Shown here: positions 47,344 through 59,897 of the stretch, in pieces
Layout of the letters: every line of letters begins with the position of its first letter
Position numbering within the stretch: the stretch's first letter is position 1
Origin: Eremomyces bilateralis CBS 781.70
Lineage: Eukaryota
NCBI GenBank assembly: GCA_010015585.1
Contig: ML975171.1
DNA length: 64,000 bases
Strand: one strand, 5' to 3'
Position numbers and translations under genes: made by a program
The notes under the pieces: generated by a model
The model's database searches: none
Told to the model about the DNA's origin: nothing
What the model saw: the letters and a program-made list of their open reading frames with translations, nothing else

Positions 47344-47557
47344 AGAACAACGCTCACAACGAAGCCAGAAAAGGTCTCTAGCACTTATCGCATGTACCAG
47401 TTCTGTATACGCCTAGCTAAGCTGCGGTGAATAGTTTCGTAGGGCGAATTTGAGTGCATGGGCTACTCCCGCTGAATGGTGAGTTTGATTGCAAAACTCG
47501 GGAGAACTGCGATTCCAAGGTGGTCGGCCGAAGAACCAAGCATCTTCCGCGCCATAT

Positions 47558-47716
47558 AGGGAACTAAAAATAAGAAAAGTGATCCCTATTTTCAAAAGCC
47601 CGCCAAATAGGTTCCCATATTTGGGATCCAAGTTCTCAGGATTCCAAAAACAGGACCCAGACCAGATATCCGAGGATGCGGATCGAGACCCCACTTTTAA
47701 GTTTCACTAATCAGTG
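47558..47716 (+). repeat. Dispersed non-coding element, copy 4
   Basis: gggaactaaaaataagaaaagtgatccctattttcaaaagcccgccaaataggttcccatatttgggatccaagttctcaggattcc...gcggatc...actaatcagtg. Confidence 0.85.
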
Positions 47717-48298
47717 CTGTCGCATTACGAGGGGGTGATGATTAAGCATTCTCTGCATAAGCTTAGTTATTGTATAGACACAGCGCAAGTTATATTGACA
47801 ATCCCCATTGTCTCTCCAGGAGAGAGATAGCTAGCTGTTGAAGATATATGTAAATATATAGGAAAAGACAGAGCCTTCCAAAATAGGCTTAGCCTAGGGG
47901 TAATGGGCAGGAAAAGGAGTGTTAGGTGGCAGTATAAAACAACAGGGGCATCTTGCGACAGGCGCTACCTATGGTAGCGTCCTCAAAACTGAGGATAACT
48001 GGGTAATTAGTGGATAACAGGGGTACGCATAGGCGCCAAAATGGGATTAAGAAAGCGACGAGCGAATACCAATCGTTGCAGGCAATAAGACGTGCGTGGT
48101 ATTATGGCCATAAGTGATAAGACAGGGAAGGGAGCTCAATTTCTTCCACACCGTATGGTGGTTGAACATACCAGCCTGCCTTTTGCCTGGCTGTCTTCGC
48201 TTTCCCCCTCCTTTGAATCTCCCTTCAGCTTGATAGTTGCATTTGCTTCTCATTCACTCCCTGAAGAATTCGTGTCCTTGTCTCACTAGCTGCAAAAG

Positions 48299-49631
48299 AT
48301 GGCAGAGCCGATCAGTTTAGCGTCAGGACTAATCACATTTGTGGTGTTCGCGTTGAAAACCAGCACGTCGCTCTACGAGGCTGTTGACAGTTTCAAGACA
48401 TCTCAGAGGGCTATTCGTGAGCTTAGGAGTGAGCTCAGCGGACTGCAAGCAGTCTTACTGTCTTTGCAAGAGGCGGCTTCCAACTCGACCGTGAAGCTGG
48501 ATGTTCTGCAGGTCCCATTGCAACGATGTGGCAAGGCTTGCCAGGAATTTGAAGAGGTCATTGCCAAATGCACGGCACATTCTGGCGGATCGAGGGAGAG
48601 TTTTCGGGACTGGGCGAAGATACGGTATATGGGAAATACTATTGAAGGGTTCAGACGGACGTTAGAAGTCTATAAGTCCACAATTACGATTGCACTTGGA
48701 GACGCGAATATGTAAGTATGACTTGGATCTTTAAAAGTAATAACTCATGTTCTTGCATAGTCGCACAAGCGTTGTTACCGTCGAGGTCCTTCAGGAGTAC
48801 AGACAGCTGATTGATGATACTGTGTCGGATCTGCGAGATCATCTCCAAGAAATCAATAACAAGCTGGAGAGTCTCACGTCTCAGGGCCCAAGTCTGTCCA
48901 TTGAGGATTCCAACGAGGTCCAACGCATCCAGGAGGAAAAAGAAAGCACCCAACAGTGTCTGCTTATCTGTGCAGATGTTGCCGCTCATGTTGATAATAC
49001 CCGACCGAAGGTACTTGAGAATCTCTCCACTCCAGACGACGGCTACCAAAGCCTGATGAACACGTCACGTGCTCAAGTTTCAGCTCGAGCGGCTACCGCC
49101 AAAACTCTCCAGGACTGCGGAAGAATGCTGCACAGCACAACCTCCAAACTCGAGAAATATCTTCGAGAGATCGAAAACCGACTCGATACCATGGATTCTA
49201 CAGCCATCAGACCGTCACAACATCAAATCTCTGAGGAAGCAAGCATAAGAGAAGAGCGAGACAGCATCCAAAAATGCATTGAGATTGTTGGCAACGCTTC
49301 TGATCAAGCTGACCAAACACGCACGAACGAATTCGAAGACATCACCATGGCTGATGACGGCCATCAAGTGATTGTGTCTACACTCGGAGATCTGATATCA
49401 GCCAGACGCATCACGGTCGGAAATCGATCAATACAATGGCTTGGACAAATGTCTGATGAGTCACTCCAGAAGCTCTCAGGCGACCATCGTCACTTTGTCC
49501 CCGAGAAATTTGAGAGAGCACAATCAGGAATTGTTGCAGAGTTTGGGGATCGGCATGGGCCTGGACGCAAGCTTGAACCGGATGCTCGAAGTGGAGCGAA
49601 CCCTGTCACAGCCAAAGAACGCCTCACCTGA
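48299..49631 (+). CDS. HeLo-like (Helo_like_N/SesA-type) N-terminal domain protein with internal helical repeat and amyloid-like C-terminal motif
   Basis: MAEPISLASGLITF...IRELRSEL...CGKACQEF...SFRDWAK; intron near 48711-48760; EEKESTQQCL / EERDSIQKCI repeat. Confidence 0.8.
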
Positions 49632-49935
49632 CAATGGTCAGAGAGAAACTGTATTACTTGGAATTCGAGTTGCTACAGGAGAAGAAGAGAAAAGACGATT
49701 CTTCTACAGTAAGCTACACATGTCCTCTCCGTTGCGGTCCCTCATTATCATCTCTCAGACAATTACGGCACTATCATGCTCAGCACGAGGTGGGGACTGC
49801 GGGGGAATCAGCTATTGACGAGAGCAATTGAATTCATGCTATTGCTTTCCAAAATATTTGAATTAGAGTTGCCAGTGTCAAAATGAAATTGTAGAGCAAT
49901 CGAGCCTCTATCGTCAACAGCAGGCCATGCGGCTT

Positions 49936-51317
49936 CTATCTCTTCGGTGAGCTACTGAGCCTGCCCACTGCCGACCCAGTAGAAGAAATGGGAATTTCCG
50001 CAGTAGTACTAGATGTGAGCTTATAACTTCGCCCATACCGTTCCCGGTATTGTGAGTCAGGTTTGTGCTCTATCCCATCATCAGGGACGGATGGTGTATT
50101 GCCTCGCGAAGACGAGCTCTCGCTCCCGGTGTTCTGGAAGCTAATGCTTGAAAAGTCCCGTGATATCTTTTGGACGGTGGCATCACTGAGGTGGCCTCCG
50201 ACCTGCCTCGTTCTCCACCCAAGTCCTCGATTAGTACCATGAAGAGTCTTACCATCAGTCGAAACCATAAACTGTACCGCATCTCCCGTGGCGTAGTTGT
50301 CAATGGTGCTGATATTTTTCTTCAAGTGGATGTCTGCTTTGGAGCAGATATCCCGGCACTGGCGGGCGGTATCCCACTCCTCCCGCAGCCTTGCAAGATC
50401 CGCAAGATCCTCTTCGGAGGTCGTCGCTGCCTTCGATTTTGCCACCAATCGGTCGATTAGATTTTTCATATGGTCTTCCAACTTTGCTGCAGTGAGAGCA
50501 AGGCTATTCTTGCATTCCTGCAGGCCATCCATGGTGAGCCTTTCAGGTACAGCACCTGGATCTATGTGCCCAGGAGAACTGCTATCACTCTCGGGTGTGA
50601 GCTGAATCTGATCAATGTGATCGGACAACCGGGCACAGATTTGAAGGCATTTCTGCGTGCTCATCTGCTCCTCCTTTATGCGTCGCAGTTCCGTTTCATC
50701 TGAGCCGGACTCGGTCACTGTGTGCCCAAATATGGTTTCGAGTTTTTCATCGATGCTTCGAAGATGAGTCTCCAGATCATCAGTAACAGTTTCGATAAGG
50801 TCCCGATACGCGTCAAGGCTTTCGGTAGTGACTGAGGACTTGCGACTAGTCAGGACAAAAATGGTTAGAGCTGCGATGAGTGCCAAGGAATACAGACTTA
50901 CAGACTTGCGTCCGTGAGCGCAATAATAATGGTAGACTTATATCCCGCCAGCAGTCGCCTGAAACCGTCGATGTCATCACCCATATACTTTAACTTGGCC
51001 CAGTCTCGAAAGCTCGTCCGATTACCACCGGACCGCGACGAACATTTCATAATTTCCTGCTCGAACTCTCTACAAGCATTGCCGCATCGCAGCAAGGGAT
51101 GATCGAGAGCAGAGAAGTCTACGTCAGTAGTGGCACTGACTGTCTCGGTGAGCGAGCGCAGCACCTCAGTTAAGGCCTCAAGCTCTTCTTTGAGATCGCG
51201 GACTTGTTTAGGATGAGATTGAAAACTCTGGACCGTCTTGACAAGGGCGATGCTGCTTTTGAAGGCAAAGATAGACAAAGTCAGCAGCCCGGAACTCAGC
51301 CCTATAAGTTCTGCCAT
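49936..51317 (-). CDS. HeLo-like N-terminal domain protein, paralog of 48299-49631, convergently transcribed
   Basis: MAELIGLSSGLLTL...VRDLKEEL...CGNACREF...SFRDWAK; intron at the same position, after IALTDAS; EEQMSTQKCL / EEWDTARQCR repeat. Confidence 0.8.
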
Positions 51318-51719
51318 TGCGGCAGTCAATTTGTTGAGATATAAGGCAGTCGAAGCAGGCAAGAAGTTGATCCTTATAATTAATGAAGAATTCTGGTATC
51401 GAGATGTGTGAAGGCTGTGTACTCTACGGGTAGCTTATTAATAGCTGGAAACTCCAATCAGGTGAGGGTCGTAAGCGCCCACTTTGCCAGAGCAACATCG
51501 ATCGAGAGAGCAACCTGAATGGTATGAACGCGGTCGCCCATTTCTCCTTAGCCAATACCGTTAATTATGGGCACACCTTAATTATCTTACGGAATTTGAC
51601 GAGTCTCTGATCCAGCGTCTTCATTTCTTGCTTTCTCGATTACCGCCAGCCTTGGTCAGAGCAGTGGTTTCATTTAGATTAACTGACACATTTGAGCAAT
51701 CCGGTCCATCACTGTCGCG

Positions 51720-53881
51720 CTAAGAACCCGTTGTCTCGTCCAGTCCTTCCCGTGACCTTTTAATCGTGTGCCAGCGGGTACATACGGCGCCCGGCGTCCT
51801 ACCCGGGAACTGTTTCGAGATCCACTCCCATGACTTTCCCTCTACTCTGTACGCCCACAAGCGCTCGTCCTCTAAAGGTTCCCAGCGCCGATTCTTCCGG
51901 CCATATACGCCTTGATCGATGTATTTCTCGTCGTCGATACGATAGTCGCTGACGCTACTATCGCTCCCGCTGATGCTGCCGTCATCCTCCGAGTCAGGAA
52001 ATTGAGCCACTGGGATGGCGGTCCCGGAGGCAACACCCTTTCGCCGGTTTGGCATGGTCTCGTACCATGTGGTGGCGCCGCCAATGATGCAAGGGCTGCG
52101 CAGAAAACCGGTCAGTAGCCATTGGCCTTCTAAGAGCGGTTTAAGCGTCACGTCTTGTACTTTCGCTGCATGGCCTAAGATATTCTCGATAAGAGTGAGC
52201 AGCGTGCTGCAAGAAATCGCCTCGATATTGCGATCGAACTTGATCGTAGCTGCTAGGAAAGTGTCCCCCGGCGTTGGACGAAGCGAAATATCGGTTACAT
52301 TATGCCGGGTCATGGCGAAGGGTGCGCTCTCGTCACTATCCTGAGGGCATCTATCGTCGCTTCTGGTTGCTGAGGAGTCAGGATGCGAGCTATTTAAGCA
52401 GCGTGGAATCTGCTGATCCCGTGCGAGCGTGGGTATGTTCCTCCTAGCATTCGATTGGAACGGCTGACCTCTGCGCTGGATCTTGCCTCGATGCCGTCGC
52501 GCCAATGGCGGTCTCGGCGGATTTGTTCCATAGTTGTCATCCACGGTATGCTCTTCGTCCGTGTCACCACCACAGCCACGACCATAGTCAGCAGTGTCTC
52601 CGATCCAGCCATGCCCGTGAATGGGATCGTTGGTCTCGCGTCGCCGATAGGCTCTTATTGTACGGGGAGACGGGGCTGCTTGTGGGCCAGTGCTGGCCAG
52701 CCTAGGGTTGCCAGAGCGGTCGCGGTTTGTATGCTCGCTGCGCGCCCTTCCTCTATTGTCTGCTGCGTCGCTCTCGTCACCGTCTTGGGGGGATGTTTCA
52801 GCATCGGCAGAGCCCGGTCGTTCCTTCCCTACACGATGAAACATGGGTGGTGCCTCGCGCCGCCCCAGACAGTCAAGCCCAGTATCGTGGACAGCGGCGA
52901 CGGATGGCGGCGCCTCACCGGAACGAGATCGTCTCGGTCGCTTCGCCGGACGTGGCTCCTCCAGCGGTTGCTTATCCATCTGGTGTGATCTACTGCCGAG
53001 CGCAGCATCGAGGTCGGTGGATAGGGTCGTGCGGGAGGAGGAACGGACCCGCTTCCTCTGTTCAAGGGACGACGGATTGATTGCAGGGTCATGGTTTTCG
53101 TCGGCGATGCTATCCGTTTCCTCTGTACAAAACTGTCAGTCAGGGTCATGCCCATTCCAGAGCACGGTGAGGCCATACCTGAAGGTTGCAGGCTGCTAGA
53201 TTCGGCCGTTTCGATAAATGGAACAAGGCTCTCGAATGATATTCGCGCATGGTCCGCTACTGAGACGTCGACTTCCAGAGCAGAATAGTTGGCTACCATT
53301 TGCGTTAGCATAGGGCGGAGCATTCGAAGGGATACACTGGCTTACATAAGTCGCTAGCAGCCCAGGACATGTCGACACCAGTAGACAGTTCGCCGTTCTG
53401 TCCAGACGGCGGGTTTTCGCCGCTCTCTATCACTTGTAACGAGCTCGAATCACGGACTCCATCCGCGGCCGGCGTCCCACCGACTTCTGGTTGGGAGCCC
53501 GCACTGAACAATGCGTTGAGAGAAGGCAGCTCATCTTCGGAACCAGTGTCCGATTCGCTGTCTTCGATGAGTATAGCTCCATCTAAAGAGAGATTAATAT
53601 ATGATCCTCTTCGGAAGCTGTTCGCGCAGCATCTTTAGTAACTTACCCGCACAGCTTCCTGTGAATGCCTCGCACGCTGGTTCCTGCGTGGGATTTGGCT
53701 CGGCCAAGCCTTCGCCCGTCAGAATATCATCAATATCGGTCCATGGGTCGTTAAAAGGGATATCAAGAATGGCATCAGCTCCGTATCTGCTTTTTGACGG
53801 GCCAGAATAATGGCGAAAGTTATCAGGCGACTGATTTTGCGATTGAGAATCGAAGGAAGAAGAGGCTGTCGTGACCGCCAT
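51720..53881 (-). CDS. Low-complexity protein with C-terminal Myb/SANT domain, four exons
   Basis: RRWEPLEDERL...GKSWEWISKQFPGRTPGAVCTRW. Three GT-AG introns (about 53584-53646, 53294-53346 and 53123-53178) link the ORFs in frame. Confidence 0.8.
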
Positions 53882-55929
53882 GTCAACTTTTACGCAGTTT
53901 TCACTCTAGAATGCGTATAATCTTTCAAAAGTGCAGAGGAGTCGCTAACCTTTAAAAGGAGGGAGTAGGGAGTAGCGAAACCTTTATGCCGGGAACCAGG
54001 CTCGCCTTGTTCATCTAGCTCACCCAAGCGGACCATCCGCTAGCTCCGGCTCGGCGCTTCTAAATCGGACCTTGCGAGAAGAGTGAGCCTGATAGGGCCG
54101 AGGCCATTAATTCAATCAAAGGGGTAGGAGGCATGAAACGCCCTCGCCTGCCCTAGACGAGCATACCCACTTCCTGGAGTACTTGCAGCAGCCTCCCAAG
54201 TAGAAGGATTGAACAAACATGCGAAGCTGAAGCGCAGAAAGCCAATCAAGCATAATACCGCCTCCTCGCCCATCTGCCAGAGCGAAGGAGGCTGAGCTGA
54301 CGTGTCCCCTTCTCGATTCTGAATTGCACCATTGCAGCCTTTCAACGAGGCACGCATTGTGCCTTCGGTCCCTGAAGAATCGCGCGTTTCAAGCGGCGCG
54401 AAAGCCCTCGTCATGCGATGATGTAACATGGAGCTCTAAGCCTCCGAACTTGCCGCTTCCAAAGGCGGCTCGGAAAATGGACGCTCAATCTTGGACCGGA
54501 ACAAGAGCTCCGTTCGCGCGAATCCACCATTCTAGGGTATTCCATCCGATAATCTCCCTCTTAACGAAGGGACGAGCGCGTAATCCGACACGTCGTCCCT
54601 AGCGTTCAGCCATACAATGGCCGGAGATACATAACGCATAAACGGCGACGTATGAATTGGTTCGTATTCGGTCATATGCGCTCTCTTAGGAAACTAAGTC
54701 CGAGATTCGCGCCTGATGGTGGTGCGGCCTTTCTGGGGTAGAACCGTGATCATGCTGTGTGTCTGCTGACAGCGTCATCATTCCATAACGTCCCAGATTT
54801 GGAGCGAGTCCCTCCGCCCCTTTCAATCCCCTGCACTCCAACCATACCTATCCTCTCGACCACTCCAGCTGCTGCCTAGGCGAGATGAGTAGGTCTTTCT
54901 TGGAGATCCTTCGGGATCGCCGAGTGTCAGATGGATTCCCAACTCACCAACCACTTCCAGGAAGCCAAGGAGCTAAAGATGGAAGCGTACCATGCGTGTG
55001 CCTCTCGCCGCCTCACCGTCTCACCGTCTCGCCCTATCACCCTCTCGTGGCCCTCCTTGAGCATGAACGCGACCGCCATTGCTCGCCTCGCCCTTGCCTT
55101 GCTTTTCCTCCCCCACATGCACCTCATCTAGACCGGCTCAGCCCACGAGCCCGGCAATGCCACGTAGGCAGCAAAGCGACCAAAATAATGATACAGGGAT
55201 CTAGGATCGATATAAGCCGTGGACCTTGTGACCGACTTCCATGACTCGGATTGAGGATGACGGTGGACTGAGGCGCTGGACTCGGCGTGACCGAACGGGA
55301 TCAGCGGCCCCCAATGCCGGGGTGTATGTGGGCCACCCCGAGCTCGCGAGAAGGACGTGAGCGAGATGGTCGGCCATCTGCTGAACTTGGGCAGGAGCGT
55401 GGAGAGGGAGGAGGTTGGATTCGGATTCTGGGAGATGGTCAGTCTCACGCTCGAGAGGGAGAGAAACGGTCTAGGGAAACGGGAGGTGTACCTGGTAATC
55501 CAGGCAGACGAGCTCCTCCAGAATGAAATGACCAGCAGAAGGGACTGCAGCGCTGTATAGAGAGAGTGCAACACTTGGGACGGCGATCCGGAGGGAGTGC
55601 GGCGGCTAAGGAACGCAGCGAAACCAGAGACGCAGGGGGAGCAGGGAGCAAGCGAAGAATGAAGAGCGGTCGTAGATTCTCGGTGGCCGCAGTTGTTGAG
55701 GGGTTTGAGAGGAGAGGGGAAGGGGAAGAAGACGAGAGCGACGAAATAAAACGGCAGAAGAAGGAATGGTGGAATGCGCGTTTTATATGTGACGTCGAAG
55801 CAGGCGGATTGGGCAGAGCAGCCGGAAAATCTTCGGACCATGGGAATCGACCAATGAGCGTGCACGGTTGGCAAGCCTGCCATTCTGGAGGCCGATATGC
55901 CGTCGTCTCTTTTACTAGTAAAATGAGCT

Positions 55930-56035
55930 GGGCCACTCGCTTGTATGGGCCACTCGCTTGTGGAATACGTTAGTTAACTTAACTTAACTAACTAACTAAC
56001 TTAGTTAGTTAACTAGTTAACTTAAGTTAGTTATT
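55930..56035. repeat. Short direct duplication followed by a quasi-palindromic TAAC/GTTA tract
   Basis: gggccactcgcttgt occurs twice, then ttagttaacttaacttaactaactaactaacttagttagttaactagttaacttaagttagtta. Confidence 0.8.
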
Positions 56036-56176
56036 ACTTTCTGACTTTGGGGATCAGACTCCAGTCTTGACTTCTTCACGTCCATCCAGGCTTGTGAATA
56101 CCAGTATATTATGATAATATTAGCATTCTGCTTGGAAAAATTAAAATGGTGGTTTAATCTGCAGCCTATTAAGGTC

Positions 56177-58435
56177 TCAAATAATTGTAATGGTATATTT
56201 ATGGCCTCCGTCTCCATCACGACGAAAATCGATCCCCTCCTCTTCCGCTCTAGAGTCGAACCATCGAAGACCTGCCTCAACAACATCCACAGCTTCCGGG
56301 CCCAACGCATGGAATACCCCCCAGCGCCGATATTGTCCACGTGGACCACATGCCTCCAACATAAGGCCGTGAAAATATGGGTCTCCGTTCAAGTCGGTAT
56401 CGAGTATTGGCAGACAATACAAGTTGTTGTGTTTAAAGGGCATCTTGAAACCGTGGATACTCTGCCTATCCATATAGCAGACAATATTGGCGGGCATCAA
56501 ACAATCCGCCCAAACAACCACTTGAAAATTCGGGCAGCCCACTCTCATTCGGAAGAGCCTCCCCTCGAGACAGACCGACCCGCCTTTGATCCGACCGAAG
56601 GCGTTTTCTCCTTCTAGCTCAACCCTAACACTCTTTATCGTAATGATTGCGGCGCGTCGACCCTCGGATTTATCATTGCTGACACCCTTGATTTTGCCAT
56701 TGACAGACGCCCAGGACCAAGAAGGGGCAAGGTATTGTTTCGGTTTCGAACTTTGGGAGTCGTCGCAGTACCACAGCAGTTGATATTCGAAATAACGACG
56801 CCAGAGCCCAGCGAGATAGGAATCCCCTAGTGCTCGATGCATCGCCTCTGCAACGCCTCCGATAGCGATTAGCTTATCGGTCTCGCGTTTTAAGCCAGCT
56901 TTTGTGTACCGCTCTACAATAGAGTTCCACAAATCATGTGCCACAATATCAAGTATTTTGGAGGAAACCATATCCAGGTCATGTGCGCTCTCATCCAAAA
57001 CGCTCTTATACGTCACTGTTAGCGCCTGGTCTATACTCGTCAGGGACCGGCTCTCAACACAGGGTGGAACTCCGAAAGGAAATGACTCGCATGCAAGGGA
57101 CTCATTGCATTCCCAGAAAACCTGCGTGGAAGCAAAATGGAGGATACGGGGTGCTAGTAATCGTTCTTGGCAAACCCAAGCCCTTTGGTTGAGAGGACCA
57201 CGCTCGACCTCTCTCTCCCACAACTGGTTATCGACGACATTGTGGGTAGACTTTCCTACTCTGACACGTAGAGGGTGAAGCGGGCGAGTATCGCGCGGTC
57301 TAAAGAGCCCCCCTGAGCCGTCCTTGGAGGCTGTGGCAGCGAGGTTGCAAGCTGAGTTCGAATACACCTGGCACATCTGAGCAGACTCTCTTCGCCAGTC
57401 CTCGTCAGAGTCAGAGTCTTGAATTATGCAGAGCGCATCAATCCATATATACTGGAACCCTAGTTCCTTGGTAATGATCAAGGCATCTTGAAATGATTTA
57501 GAGAGCTCCTTGAACCGGATGGATGTCATCATGTTTGTCAAGTCCCGTTGGAGTAGTCGTTTTGGGATATTTTCACCCCAGCAATGGCTCAGGGTCAAGT
57601 ATGGAGGTATTCCATCTATATCTGCTGAAATCCGAAGACGAGGCTGAATGTGTGCAGTGGTACCGACATCGACTAGCCTTGTAGGGAGTACAAAACCATT
57701 CTCGGCTCCTCGTAGACTCTTCAGGCATCGAGTATGGTACTTCGTACAGGTGGCTAACCAGCTCTGGGCTAGAGATATGGTCACAGGGGACCTGGTGGAT
57801 GACTTCAAACGCCGCGCATGTGCAGATAGGCCTTCGAAGCAAGGTTCTAAATTTAAATTAGCGTAGGATTTCCGTGAGAATAAAGCAAGTCAAGTACCAC
57901 CTGTGGACTCAGATAGATCGAGATGCTTGATTGCATGACCATTTAGTTCAAAATCATCATCATCATCCTGCCGGACTAACTTCCACGGAAGGAAGTAACG
58001 GAGTTCTAGGCTGAGTGATTCTACCCCAGCGAATTCGATAAGAGCTGCCGCGTAGTCGATCTTGAAACGCGACTGGTCCTCACCCATGATATCGAGAATC
58101 TGTTCGGTTTTATCGGTACTGTATCGGTGTCGGCGCATCAGGTCTCTCGTCTCTTTGGTAAGGGTTCCCAAGAACAGCAAGCATAGGGGACAATCCTTTC
58201 CCATAGTGTCTTCGTGCAATTCAGTGGATTGGATTAGATTTTCAGAGTAGAATTCCTCTCCTGCTGGGCGTCTGATTTTCCCACATCGTCGGAGTATTTT
58301 CCTGCACCTTGAGCACAGTGCGCGGTTGGAATACCTCTCGCGGAGCCGATACACAAGCCCTCTCGCCCTGGAAACCGGTATAATCTTCCTGGGTTCAGAC
58401 GAAGAGCTACAGAAGCTTACGTCTTTGCCTGACAT
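56177..58435 (-). CDS. HET domain protein with N-terminal Cys-rich region (start approximate)
   Basis: WLATCTKYH, LPTRLVDV, YLTLSHCWG, YIWIDALCIIQD, MCQVYSN, LNQRAWVCQE, YLAGLW and APSWSWAS; intron near 57850-57899. Confidence 0.92.
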
Positions 58436-59897
58436 TTTTGCGATGAACTCAGCCAGCGCGACCGGAGGCGACCTGCGACGGTCTTGGACAACGGAGAAAG
58501 TATATGCCAAGCGCAGCTATTAAAACGGCTAGCGAGACACACCCGTAAAGCGACTGGATAAACAAGTAGGAAGAAATCATCCCGCGACATGATCATAGTA
58601 GGTCAAAAAACAACGAGATCAAACTAGTCCGAAAGATCGAGGGCGACATTAATGAGGCTGTGGAGGGAGCACTCTGCCCTGACCGACCTCCATTTTGCCT
58701 CTGGAGGGCGACAGGGAGATCGTCCCAAGGTAGCGAATGCTGTAGCGGGTAAGTAACATCTTGTTCGCGTATCCAGGTATTATTCGTGGAACGGTGAAAG
58801 GCAACCATATATTCGGGATCAAGCCCCTGGCCAAAGGATGATAGGCAGGGGGCACCGCGCTTCCGAAGCGCTGTTGTGAGGGAGACCCCTGTATCCTGCA
58901 GCAAGCCGAGCGGTGGGCTGTACAGGAACAAAACTGCATAGTCAGTAATAAAGTCGTACTGACATGCATTCCAGGGTTGTTCATAATGAGCCTTGTGCCA
59001 TATAGGACTTGGTGCGAGGTGGAATAATCGTGGATCTATAGTCAAGGTGATCCTGCTTCGTAGATAACGTTGAGCCCCGAACCTATCAGTGACTTCTGTT
59101 TGTGCAAAACCAACTTCACACATTGAGGAAGAACGATCAAAATATGCCGGCGCTATACATGTTGTCGAGATATGCTGAAATATACTGTATTGTGACCGCA
59201 GCCGCAATGTAAACGTTAAGCTGGGGGCCATCGAAATGCATGAGCGGTTAGGCTACAGCAGCTCGAGCAAAAAAGTGCATCAGGTCAAGATGGGATGCCC
59301 TGTTCTTTCTGGCAGTGTCGCATTCTCCTCAACAGTTCGACGGAAAAAACTCGTAATCGCGACCTCCTATCGCCCCTGCTCTTCTGCCCTCGCACGCACT
59401 TTTCACGCGGATATTTTGAATAGAGCCCACATATACTTTAGTGGCAGAACTTCAACAGACCCGAACACTCCTGTGATTTTGAATGGTGCCAACCAACCGT
59501 GGTGTGCTTGGGACCACACCAGCTCGCTGTTTATGCTACCGGTGCATCAGTGTGGAGTGCTTGCAACAAGCTCGAATACCAAACCAGGGTAGGGCGGTCA
59601 CATCTTGGAGGAATCTTCGCCACCGACAGCAGCGCTGAGGACCACTCGAAAATCAGAGGTGATCCAGATTCCTTCTGCGGAGATAACAGAACGGAGCATA
59701 TGCCCCGCAAGCTACTGTGCTCGTCGAAGGTGACACTGCCCACAGGTGGTGTCACGGCAGTTGAATATCATAACTGGCGGATGGGTCCCGGGACGTCCGC
59801 ACTGCTGTGCTCTGATATAGGGACCACCTAAATGCAGAGCTGAGTTCGGTAGTAGCCCGAGCAACAAGTTTTTGGTCGCCTTGCCCTGTTATCCCCT

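Noticed and set aside
54885..55973. Overlapping ORFs of 66-251 aa on both strands
   Set aside because: GC-rich and low in complexity, with no recognisable domain or consistent splice model. A degraded gene cannot be excluded.
58593..59231. 212-aa minus-strand ORF
   Set aside because: No motif or other support; left uncalled.
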